Part shown: positions 23,826 through 34,798 of the stretch, one piece after another
How positions within the stretch are numbered: position 1 is the stretch's first letter
Layout of the letters: each line of letters starts with the position of its first letter
Assembly (NCBI RefSeq): GCF_044704955.1
Contig: NC_091977.1
Span: 263,934,001-263,998,000, forward strand
Source: Pristiophorus japonicus
Taxonomy: Eukaryota
Length of the DNA stretch: 64,000 bases
Direction: 5' to 3'
Notes under the pieces: generated by a model
What the model was told of the DNA's origin: nothing
The model's database searches: none
Seen by the model: only the letters and a program-made list of their open reading frames with translations
Translations under genes and position numbers: made by a program

Positions 23826-24034
23826 TTAAGGTTCAAATTGTGCTTATTTCAAATGAGACCACATTTGAGTTCAAATAGTGGCTCGAGGAGCTTCATACAA
23901 ACACATTTATGTTTTATTTGCTAGTTTTGAATAACTTTTAAAATGTTGATAAAAATCTAGGTCACAAAAATATCACGCAGATTGTGTTGTAAGAAATTGC
24001 TGGGTTCCACTAATGGCTATCACCCACCAGTACC

Positions 24035-24325
24035 TCACATGTGACCATTATACAAGTGTGAACTTGGACTGCTATTTGACCAGAGAGGTTACCACAGTTG
24101 ACACTGAGCCTGCTGTACACATTGTTGCACATTTCCACCAGATTTTCAGGACAGTGGTCAGGAAGGAGGACCTCTACATGATTTTCCCCTTACCAATCCA
24201 GCCAGTTATACCACAACCGTTGTTGAGATCAGCCAATTCAGCATGGGCTTGGGATAAAATCAGGGAGCTTTCTGGTCTGCATGGCTCATCTACTCATTTG
24301 ATAAACTCACCGAGTCATCAGAGAA
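24035..24325 (-). mobile_element. Ancient AmnSINE2-like SINE, strongly decayed
   Basis: GAGATCAGCCAATTCAGCATGGGC..GGGAGCTTTCTGGTCTGCATGGCTCA resembles 11180-11245. Confidence 0.5.
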
Positions 24326-24590
24326 TCCTACAATTATTTTGGTTTATTCAAGAGACTTCTATGGCAACATAAATTTTTCTTTGCACATTTCTGAAATTCT
24401 ATTGACTTATCATTACGGATGCACAGCAAATCATTAACCAGTTGTATAAAAGAACATATTTTCAAGATAGAGTAAGACAATTTTTTAACCTTCATTAGTA
24501 AAAGTGGTGCACATTAGGTGAATATTTTATGGAATTGTTTACTTTTTGGCCTATGAAACTATTCCTTTTCCATTGTTGGATTTTAATTTA

Positions 24591-25046
24591 GTGTCAGCTG
24601 TGGCTCAGTGGGTAACACTCTCACCTCTAAGCCACAAGGTTGTGGGTTCAAGTTCCACTCATGGGACTTGAGATATCAATCTCGGCTCACACTCCAGTGC
24701 AGTGCTGAGCGAGCACTGCACTGTCTGAGGTGCCGTCTTTCGATGAGATGTTAAACTGAGGGAGTCTTCCCTCTCAGGTAGATATATAAGATCCCATGGC
24801 ACTATTTCGAAGAAGAACAGGGGAGTTATCAACGGTGTCCTGTGCAATTTTCAACAACATTAATCAACATAACAAAAACAGTTTAGCTGGACATTGTTTG
24901 TGGGAGTTGCTGTGCGCAAATTGGCTGCTGCGTTTCCTACATTACAACAGTGACTACATTCCAAAAGTACTTCATTGGCTGTAAAGCACTTTGAGACATC
25001 TGGTGGTCACATAGGGCACTATATAAATGTAAGTCTTTCTTTTTTT
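24591..25046 (+). mobile_element. Deu-domain SINE (SacSINE1-like), full length
   Basis: GTGTCAGCTGTGGCTCAGTGGGTAAC..GGTTCAAGTTCC; GAGGTGCCGTCTTTCGATGAGATGTTAAAC; tail CTATATAAATGTAAGTCTTTCTTT. Confidence 0.88.
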
Positions 25047-25819
25047 TAATTAACTGATGCATTCCTTTTAGTTAACATCCTCCTTTATAAATGTCCATAA
25101 CCGAAATGTTCAGTTAAAGGCTTCATAAGGGGATAGTTTCATTGAGCACCCAAATGTGCAGTTATTTGACCAACAGCTGGCATTAAATTGTGTGATAATA
25201 GAAATACTGGATCAGTGAATGGGTTTATTTGTTTATTTGTTCCAATCATGTGGTAAGATAGCTTTGGCCAACAACACATGCCATTTTATGAACACAATTA
25301 TCAGACAGATTGCACAGCCATATAAAAGACTCACGGCAAACCAGAATTGCCTGCAGTTTAGGATGGGAATTCTCGCAAGTGAAGGACAAACAGTCGTGTA
25401 ATGTATGCACCTGTGAGTATGCTCACGGGTCTGTAGAGCTGTTGCATTGTGGGTGGCTTATCCAGTCACGTGATTATGCAGTTGTGAGCCGAGTGGATGA
25501 ACTGGTAATGTGCAGTGTGATTGTTAAACCTTTGTTCATAAACCAACTAGTTCTTAATAACAATGTGTTGCTATGAATTCTTATGCAAAGAACCCATGAA
25601 GCAAACACAGGCCAAGTAGCAGATTTCAAATGGACTTTTTTTACCCCAATTGCATTGAGCGCACTCCCTTTAGGAGCTGTACAGCACCCTAGCCATTGTT
25701 CCTTGGGTGAGCAGCGAGAGAGTAGGTGCATAAAATTCCCTTACTCTGCTTCTGGTATTGCTGTATTTGACACTTGCCAAGGTAGCAGAAAAATTGGAGG
25801 CTGCTGTATATTTTCCATT

Positions 25820-26212
25820 AATTCTCATCCTTTATTTTCAAATCCCTCCATGGTCACACCCCTCCTTATCTCTGTAATCTTCTGTAGCACCACAACCCCC
25901 CGAGATGTCTGCACTCCTCTAATTCTGTCCTCCTGAGCAACCCTGATTGTAATCGTTCAATCATCGGTGGCCGTGCCTTCTGTTGCCTCGGCCCCAAGCT
26001 CTGGAACTCCCTGCCTAAATCTCTCCGGCTCTCCACCTCTCTTTCCTCTTTCAAGATGCTCCTTAAAACCTACCTCTTGTCAAGCTTTTGCTCACCTGCG
26101 CTAATTTCTCCTTATGTGGCTCGATGTCAAATTTTTATTGCATAACATTCCTGTGAAACGTCTTGGGACATTTCACTGCTTTAAAGGCACTATATGAATA
26201 CAACTTGTTGTT
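25820..26212 (+). mobile_element. L2 LINE 3' end
   Basis: GGTGGCCGTGCCTTC..CTCTGGAACTCCCTGCCTAAA..CTTAAAACCTACCTCTT; homologous to 16540-16916. Confidence 0.85.
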
Positions 26213-27374
26213 GATAATATATTATAGAATTTCAGTAGGAAGTTCACAGCATTTAACAATTCAGAAGTGGCGTTACTGTCAAGATAAAGTTCATGACGAA
26301 CTTGTACTCTGCTACATCTTTGTTTAGTTGAATTAGCTTTTTTTGTTTGCAAGATGAACAAGTCTTACTGAAGGCAAGGCTGCAAATTTGGGGTTAAAGT
26401 GATATTTTTAAACTGCCCGGTTGTCTTGATTGTGGCAGTGCTTTTGAAAATGACACGTGCAGACTTATCATGGAGTGGCGTGGGGGTGGGTGCGGGTATT
26501 TTTATGCCTGCTTAATGTTACTGTTATCCTGAGTGTTCAAGTGTCACTGGGAACATGTTAATCAAACTGCAGCCTCACAAATTCTGCTTACTGAGAACTG
26601 CCAACCAGGGAGAACATGTTTACATTGAGTTAGGTGACAATGGGAGGCAGGTGGGTGGAGAGGTGAGGAGGGAGGAGGATTTGAAAATATACACTTCACA
26701 GACACAAGACAGTTGATTTTTGAATGACCCCATTCATCTGGCAGGCAGTAAGCAGAGTGAGCCCGCCATCTGCTCAATGGAACTTCGCTGGATGCCTGAA
26801 CCATTTTCATGGTCAGGCCGTATATGTATAATATCGGCGAGCTGCCTGCACATTCAAAGTGCTGAGCAGCACCTTGCCGATCAGAGGAGATGGGACTTCC
26901 AGCAGCACTTGTGTAGAGTCAAGCTGGTGGATTGTTGTTACTGAGAGGGCCAGGAGATAGATATGGGGTGGCTGCAGAAAGTCCAGCAATGGGCAGGAAC
27001 TTTTGTATAGAACAAGAGTATGCAGTCTCAGAGGGCAAGGTTTGCAGTGCATGCAAGCTGCATGTTGCATCATGGAAATTGCATAGGGCTCCGATGCATG
27101 TCATAGGACCCCATCTTTTATAATTTAATGAAGCTCTCAACTGTTTGGACACATATTTTCAAAATCATAACAGGCTGGATGATGGTGGCAATGGACCAGT
27201 AAATGTTGCACTATGATTTTGTCTCACTGTCATCCCTTTCCCACTGAGAAATGGGCAGTATTGAAACCAAAATCAGCATCAAGTTGTGTAAGAGTTTGGA
27301 AGTCTACTTATTTCATGAATAAATTTTTTGGAGAAAAAATGTAACCCACTGTTCATCTTTCGTTACATCCTGGT

Positions 27375-28570
27375 GAATCGATGCTGCATCTTTTCCATTG
27401 TTTTATATCCTTTCTCTAATGACATACCCAAAACTGTACACAGTACTCCAACTGTGGCATAACTAAGATCTTGTAGAAGTTAAGTATTACCTTCTTGATT
27501 TGTATTAGAAATATAAGAACGTTAGGAACAGGAGTAGGCCATTCACCTCCTCGGGCCTGCTCTGCCATTCAATTAGATCATGATTGATCTGCACCTCAAT
27601 TCCATTTTCCTGCCTTTGCTTCATATCTCTTGATACCCTGACCTAACAAAAATCTATCTATCTCAGTCTTGAAAGCCTCAATTGTCCCAACAACCCGAAC
27701 CTTTTGGGTTCCAAATTTCCTTTACCCTTTGTGTGAAAAATTGCTTCCTGATTTCGCTCCTGAATAGCTGAGCTCTAATTTTAAGATTATGTCCCCTTGT
27801 CCTTGATTCCCTCACTAGGGGAAATAGTTTATGTGGATCTACCCTATGAAATCCTTTTATCATTTGAAACATCTCACTCAGGTCGCTCCTTAATCTTCTA
27901 CACTCAATGGAATGCAACCTGTCTTCATAATTTAACCTTCCAGTCCCCTTTAGATACAAAATCAAGCAGTCTGCTTTTTGTAGCCATGTCTACTTTTGCT
28001 ACCACCTTAAATGACCTGTTTATCTATACACCAAGGTAGCTCTGTTACTCTACTCCATTTAGAATTTTACCATTTAAATATACTTCCTTTCTTCATTCTT
28101 CAAAAATAAATAACTTCACTTTTGCCTACATTAAACTGCATCTGCCACCTATCTGCCAGCCTATCTACATCCACTTGCAGTCCATTTTACAGTTTGCCAT
28201 ATTCCCCCAATTCATTGTCAGCAAATTTCAATATTGTTCTCTCAGTTCCAAAGGCCAGATCATTTATGTGTATAGTAAATAAGAGTGGCACTACCCAGAC
28301 CCCTGTGGGATTCCACTCACCACATCTTTTCAACCCAATCCCTTCACTCCTGAAAGTCCTTTCTATCCTCCAATCTACTCTCTATCCATATGACCATATT
28401 CCACTAAGTTTCATGTGCCATTATCTTTGCATACCTTATCAGTGCTTTTTGAAAATCTATATAAACCACATTTATTGCATTTATTTCATCCTCTCTGTTA
28501 TTTCTTCAATTAATTCTGTAAGCATGCCGTACTTCATAGAAACCCATGCTCACTGGCCTGGTAAACTCAT
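27375..28570 (-). mobile_element. Old CR1 fragments, with a younger CR1 3' end nested at about 27506-27945
   Basis: LNYEDRL..RRLRSDL, FFTQRVKEIWN; decayed RT motifs (CCAAAACTGTACACAGTACTCC, TCAGCAAATTT, CCAGACCCCTGTGG on +). Confidence 0.75.
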
Positions 28571-29182
28571 GTTTCTTTATTATTTATAAATGCATGAAAA
28601 AAATATTCACTGAACTAATTCCCATGGCATTTTAAAACAGTAGTCAATTTTGAGAGAATGTGGCTGATTTCTTCCGATTATTGGTCTGTGTGCATCAATT
28701 CCCAGAGATTTGGGTGAGGAAAAAGGAAGGGATGCCCAAAACTCCATGTCTCCATCCCCATTTATGGGTGACGTGCAGGCAGGAGAAACTTCCACTTGAA
28801 ACAAGTAGAAGCATTATTATAATTTTCAATTTACAACTTTCACATCTTCCAACACCATTCGTGGCAACTTGACACTGAGTGAAATTAATACCCCTTGTAA
28901 CTGGTCAGTAAAAACAATTCTTTTAGCAGTTTCTTGTTTTTTTTTTCATATTTCTCTATTTTGGCATTTAGGTTCTCATTGTTAGGTGCCAATTGTTTTA
29001 CTCTTTGGTCAGCAGCATTGGTGCAATTGGTGGGTTTCCCAATGGAAATTTCCCAGTTGCTGGAAAGACCACAGACACGATGGCAAACTGGTTGGCCTGG
29101 ATTACCTGCAAACAAAGATGTCCAGTGTGCAGGCCTGACTAGCCATGATGCTGGATGGCTCTTCAGAAGCATCCTCATCATA

Positions 29183-29766
29183 ATATAAGAACATAAGAAA
29201 TAGGAGCAGGAGTAGGCCATATGACCTCTCGAGCCTGCTCGTCATTCAAAAGATCATGGCTGATCATCAACCTCAACTCCACTTTCTGGCCTGATCTCTA
29301 TAGCCTTTGATTCCCCTAAACCCCAAAAATCTATCGATCTCAGCCTTGAATGCAGCATCCACAACCCTCTGGGACAGAGAATTCCAAAGATTCACAACCC
29401 TCTGAGTGAAGAAATTCCTCCTCATCTCTATCTTAAATGGTCGACCCCTTATCCTGAAACTGTGCCCTTCTAGTTCGAGGCTCTCCAGCCAGGGAAACAA
29501 CCTCTCAGCATCTACCCTGTCAATCCCCTTCAAAATCTTATATGTTTCAATGAGATCACCTCTCATTCTTCTAAACTCCAGAAAATATAGGCCCATTCTG
29601 CACAATCTCTCATCATAAGACAGCCCTCTCATCCCAGGAATCAATCTAGTGCACCTCTGTTGCAGCGTGTCCAAGGCAAGTATATCCTTCCTTAGATAAG
29701 GAGACCAAAACTGTGCACAGTACTCCAGGTGCGGTCTCACCAAGGCCCTGTACAAATGTAACAAGT
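29183..29766 (-). mobile_element. CR1 LINE 3' end
   Basis: ORF 29273-29764 LYRALVRPHLEYCAQFWSPYLRKD...; tail ATAAGAACATAAGAAATAGG. Confidence 0.93.
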
Positions 29767-30750
29767 GTCACGCATTGCATGAAAGAGGACTAACCCTAAT
29801 GCAGAGTGGTCAACAGACAGCAAAGCCTGATGGCCGCACTCACCAAGGTGCCAGCAACCATATTTACAGATATTTTGCACCTATGTGGCGAACCGTTGTT
29901 GCAGGGTCTGGTTACAGTGCCAGATGCAAAGCTGTGGCGTCTGCTGTAAGGACACATGCTGCTAGCATGCCGCATAGAGGTGGCACAGCCAGTGACATAA
30001 TTGGCCATCTGCAGCCTCAAGTCAGCACATGGGTTTTCCTTTCTCTTCATATTTGTCTTAATCCCCTTGCCCTTTCAGCCTTGGCAAAGGCACCTAATGG
30101 GTTGAGATGCTTCTTGAGCCTTTCTAAAGGTTTGCAGAATTTTTATCCCCCATTGTGGCATTTTTCTTTAATGAATCCATCCTTTTAAATTTCACTAACT
30201 CTCTCGAGTCTTGCACCTGGGGTTGAGAATAACCATTCAATCAGCTTAAACGAGACAACTGAGCACTATTGCACTGGCACGTTAAGACAGTATTAGCACC
30301 AGTTCTAAACTATTTCCTACATTACAACAGTGACTACAACTAGTTCAAAATTACTTAATTAGCTATAATGTGATTTGAAATGTCCTAAGATTGTGAAAGG
30401 GATTGTATAAATGCAAGTCTTTCTTTTAGTTATTTATTTATCTGAAGTCAAAAATTAGGCCCACAATCTCAATCATTTGATAGTTTGATTTTCACATAAA
30501 CCACTATATCCTGGATATCTATTCTATATTTGGCTCTAGTGTCATTTGACACAAACAGGAAATAAAGCTAAATATTTTAGTAACAGCAGTGCAGATATTC
30601 TCTACTTTGAATTCTGACTGAAATCTCAAGTTTTTCCGTCATCCTGTCTTATGATTCTTCTGATACACTAGTACATCACATACTTGCCGTCCGAGATGGC
30701 AGAAAGAGAAAATAATTTTCTGCACAAACCTCGTTCTCTTCACAATTAAT

Positions 30751-31485
30751 GGGCCAAAAATTGCGGTCTCTACAGGCTGGTACAATGTGCGCACGCACCC
30801 ATAGAGGCCCCGCAAGTGCCGATTCTTGGCACGCAATGCGCATGCGCTGAAATCCAGCTCTTGCGAACTGTCAAAATGTCGTTTGACAGTTCCCACGCAT
30901 CCCCAGGAGAAGGGCCTTCGTGGGCGGAGATTTGGGCTATTTGCCTTCAAACTCTTACGCCTGGTAAAAGCAAGCGTAAGACCTGCTTTTTACCAGTGTA
31001 TGAGTTTTAAAAGATAGAAAAATAAAATGTTATCAATAATTTTTATATTAAAATCCCTGTCTATTAAGGTAAGTTTATTTTTTACCTCTATCAAAACATA
31101 TTAAAAAAAATTCAAAAAAATCGATTTTTGTCGAAAATATTTAATTCTAAATTCAATTAATTTTAAATATGTGAAGTGCTTTTCTTATTTATTTAAAATG
31201 TTTGTGTTTTTGGAGGTATTCTCATTCATAGAAATGGTGATCTCCATACAAACGGAACTTACCATAACTGTGATTGGGGATACGCCATTTTCATTGGTTG
31301 GTCCGGCCCACGTGATCCCAGGATGCACAAACGCTCCTGGAATATGTGGGCCTTTGCGCTGGGCTGCACAACTAGACCTCGGAGCGCAAGTGCTCATTCT
31401 TCCAGGACCACCAGGCACATTTGTAAATATTTTTGTGGTCGGAAACATCCGTCCGCGGGAAGCCTCTGACCGCAATTTTAGGGCC
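30751..31485. mobile_element. MITE with AAT TSD
   Basis: TIR GGGCCAAAAATTGCGGTC / GACCGCAATTTTAGGGCC; AAT on both flanks (30748-30750 and 31486-31488); related fragments at 51512-51697, 58578-59120 and 63127-63280. Confidence 0.82.
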
Positions 31486-32308
31486 AATTTCTTTCCTCTT
31501 TCTCTCCCCCTTGCAATTTTTCCAAGGCATACCATCCCTTTTAAAGAGGAGTTGCTGCATGTCTCCAAAAGACATGAATAAATTTAACCAAATAATCAAA
31601 ACTTTAGCTAAGGCATAGCTGACAGTGATTAATAGCTGCATAGTAGATCAGATCACTCATTAGAGCCATCAGGTGGGCAGTTAAGGAAAGATGAACTGGC
31701 TGCCAGTACATATCAGTCTTTGTTACTTCAGCTAAAAGCAAAGTCATTTTCCATGATCCCAGGGATGCTACATGTCTATAAAAAAAACAGTGCAGTACCA
31801 AGGTATAGTTCTAGTCAGCTTCAAAATTATCTTTAAATAATACAGTTCGACACAGGGAAGCTGGGCTTGAAACAGCATCGATTCATTCTTGATCAGTATT
31901 GTCACCAAACTGCCGATGCCTCTGGTGAAATTCAATCAGATTTCAGTGGTAAAAGTGCAGAGCAAGTATCATCCACCATCATTATCTGCTGCCTTGTCCA
32001 AATGACCACACAACAACAGAAAAATAGATGGCTCTTTTTGAAAGGGTTATCACTATATTAAAAATGGATGAATAAAAGGTGGCAAATGCTGGAAAGCTGA
32101 GGTGAAAACAGAAAATGACAGTAAGATGCAGCAGCCAATTAGCATCTGAAAAGAGAATGATAGGTTAACGTTTTTTGGCATGGATCCCTCAAGAAAACTG
32201 AAAGATATGTGAGTCCTTTATATGACTAAATAAAAGGGGATGGAGAAATGTAGAAATTGAGAGTTAAGAATGGTAACCCATCACAGAGAGGCAGTTAATG
32301 GAGGTAAT

Positions 32309-32502
32309 TGTTATGTATGGAGAAAGAGTCAGACTAAACACTGTGACCTTAGTATTTTATTGCAGATCTCAAGAGTGCCTCTCCAACCTGTGAGGTCTCC
32401 TTAAATACGTGTGCTCCCAAGGGATTATGGGATCCCTTGGGACTCCAGGGGATGAGCCCTCTGGTGGCTGTACAGAGTAAATACAAGCTTACATATATAA
32501 CA
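32309..32502 (-). repeat. Gypsy 3' LTR (194 bp)
   Basis: Direct repeat of 34587-34798 lacking an 18-bp block; TG..CA ends. Confidence 0.93.
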
Positions 32503-34586
32503 ACACTCCCGCACAAAGTCAACAGTGTAACTATTTACAGTGTGAGTCGATCTGGGCCCCTTCTTGCCCTGGTTGATCGTCTCGGTGTGAAAGCTGGTAT
32601 TGTTGAATCATTTGTTGGGCCCTCGCTGGGATGCTGTGCAGCTGGCCTTGCTGGGCTGCCTGGTGTGCTGACTCGACTAAGAGCCTCCTCCAGGTTTTGC
32701 AGATGCTCGACTGTGTTCTGACCTGTGAACAAGATGTCGTCCTGGAAGACCACGGTGTGGGGGACCGACTTCAGTAAATTTTCCATGTTTCTCTGGAATA
32801 TCGGCGCCGCTGATCGGATTCCAAATGGGCATCCAAACAAAAAGACCTTTATGCGTGTTGATGCAGGGGAGGGCCTTCGATGATTCCTCCAATTCTTGCG
32901 TCATGTAGGCTGAAGTCAGATCCAGCTTCGTGAACTTCTTTCCTCCCGCCAGCGTTGCAAAAAGGTCGTCGGCCTTTGGCAGTGGGTATTGGTCCTGCAG
33001 GGAGAAACGATTGATAGTTACTTTGTAATCGCCACAGATTCTGACCGTGCCATCTCCCTTGAGGACTGGGACGATAGGACTGGCCCACTCATTGAACTCG
33101 ATCGGTGAAATGATGCCCTCTCTTTGCAGCCGGCCTAGCTCAATCTCTACCCTTTCTCTCATCATATACAGTACTGTTCTCACCTTGTGATGGATGCGTC
33201 GCGCCCCCGGAATTAGGTGGATCTGCAGTTTTGCTCTTTGGAATTTCCCGAGTCCTGGTTCAAACAGTGAAGGAAATTTGTTTAAGACCTGGGCACACCA
33301 AGTGTCATCAGCGGACGATCGCGCTCGGACGTTGTCCCAGTTCCAGCGTAAGCGTATCTTTCCCAGCCAGCACCTGCCGAACAGCGTGGGACCATCGTCC
33401 AGTACCACCCAGAGTGGTAGCTTGTGCACTGCTCCATTGTAGGAGACCTTTACGGTAGCACTGCTGATTACAGGAATCAGTTCTTTTGTGTAAGTTCTTA
33501 GTTTCGTGCGAACTGGAGTTAAAACTGGCCTTGAGGCCTTGTTGCACCACAATCTTTCAAAAGTCTTTTTGCCCGTAACCAGCTCCATTGACACCGGGAG
33601 TCCATTTAGTTCAACATTCAGCATTATCGGGGGACAATTCGTGGTGAATGTGTGCACCCCATGTACCCCTGCCTCCTCGGTCTGAAGTTCTGTTTCGTCG
33701 TGATCCTCCGTGGATCTGTCCTCCTCGGCAACATGGTGGTTTGCATGTTTAACAGGATTTGCAGCTTGCCTGCACACTCGTTGGAGGTGTCCCATTGTTC
33801 CACAGCCCTTGCAAATCTACCCTTTGAATCGGCATGAATGGAAACGATGATCACCCCCGCAGCGCCAACAAGGTGTTAATGGCCTTGCATTCATCACCCT
33901 TAATGGTGGACTCTGAGACATCTGCGGATGTGCAGCTGCATGTGTGTGTGACCTGCTCTGTACATTACGATTCAAAAACAACATCACTTTGTTCACAGTA
34001 CTTGTAGCAGCACTTGTGTGCTGAGAGATTTGCTTCGTATTGTCACTGATGGCAATGAACGCCTGGGCTATCGCTATGGCCTTACTCAAGGTTGGGGTCT
34101 CTACAGTCAAAAGTTTGCAAAGTATGGTTTTGTGGCCAATGCCAAGTACAAAAAGTCTCTGAGCATGTGCTCCAACTGTCCTTCAAATTCGCAATGTCAT
34201 GCAAGGCGTCTTAGCTCAGCGACGTAACTCGCCACTTCCTGGCCTTCAGACCTTTTGTAGGTGTAGAACCGGTACCTCGCCATCAGAATGCTTTCCTTCA
34301 AGTTCAAATGCTCTCGTACCAGTGTGCACAAATCGTCGTACGATTTCTCCGTCGGTTTCACTCTAGTGAGCAGATTCTTCTTCAGGCCATACGTTGGTGC
34401 CCCACAGACGGTGCGGAGGATCGCCCTTCATTTGGCAGCGTTCGCATCCCCATCTAGCTCATTGCCCACGAAGTATTGGTCGAGTCGCTCCACGAAAGTT
34501 TCCCAATCATTTCCCTCTGAGAATTTCTCCAGAATACCCACTGTTCTCTGCATCTTTGGGTTCGCTATCTGTATCTCGTCGCCAGT

Positions 34587-34798
34587 TGTTATGTATGGAG
34601 AAAGAGTCAGATTGAACACTGCGAGCTCAAAGTAAAGTGTGACCTTAGTCTTTTATTGCAGATCTCCAGAGTACCTCTCCAACCTGTGAGACCTCCTTAA
34701 ATACCTGTGCTCCCAAGGGATTATGGAATCCCTTGGGACTACAGGGGATGAGCCCTCTGGTGGCTGTACAGAGTAGATACAAGTTTACATATATAACA
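34587..34798 (-). repeat. Gypsy 5' LTR (212 bp)
   Basis: Followed on the minus strand by AC-TGGCGACGAG, complementary to the 3' end of tRNA-Ser(GCU) (CTCGTCGCCA); minus-strand TATTTAA and AATAAA. Confidence 0.93.

Larger units (their letters stand above)
20523..23986 (+). repeat. 158-bp direct duplication: 20523-20680 and 23829-23986
   Basis: AGGTTCAAATTGTGCT.ATTTCAAATGAGAC...CTAGGTCACAAAAATATCAC.CAGATTGTG is colinear in both places with a few substitutions. Confidence 0.9.
32309..34798 (-). mobile_element. Ty3/Gypsy LTR retrotransposon, internally deleted (gag-PR-partial RT; no RNase H or integrase)
   Basis: LTRs 32309-32502 and 34587-34798 (TGTTAT..ATAACA); TSD GTAAT on both sides; PBS TGGCGACGAG; PPT-like GCGGGAGTG; gag DWETFVERLDQYF, knuckle CWRCGGDH..SC, RT WASPIVPVLKGDGTVRICGDYK, LDLTSAYMTQ, VFQDDIL; frameshifts. 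Confidence 0.95.

Noticed and set aside
24591-24670. tRNA gene (A and B boxes)
   Set aside because: It is the head of a SINE repeated many times in the window, not a stand-alone tRNA.
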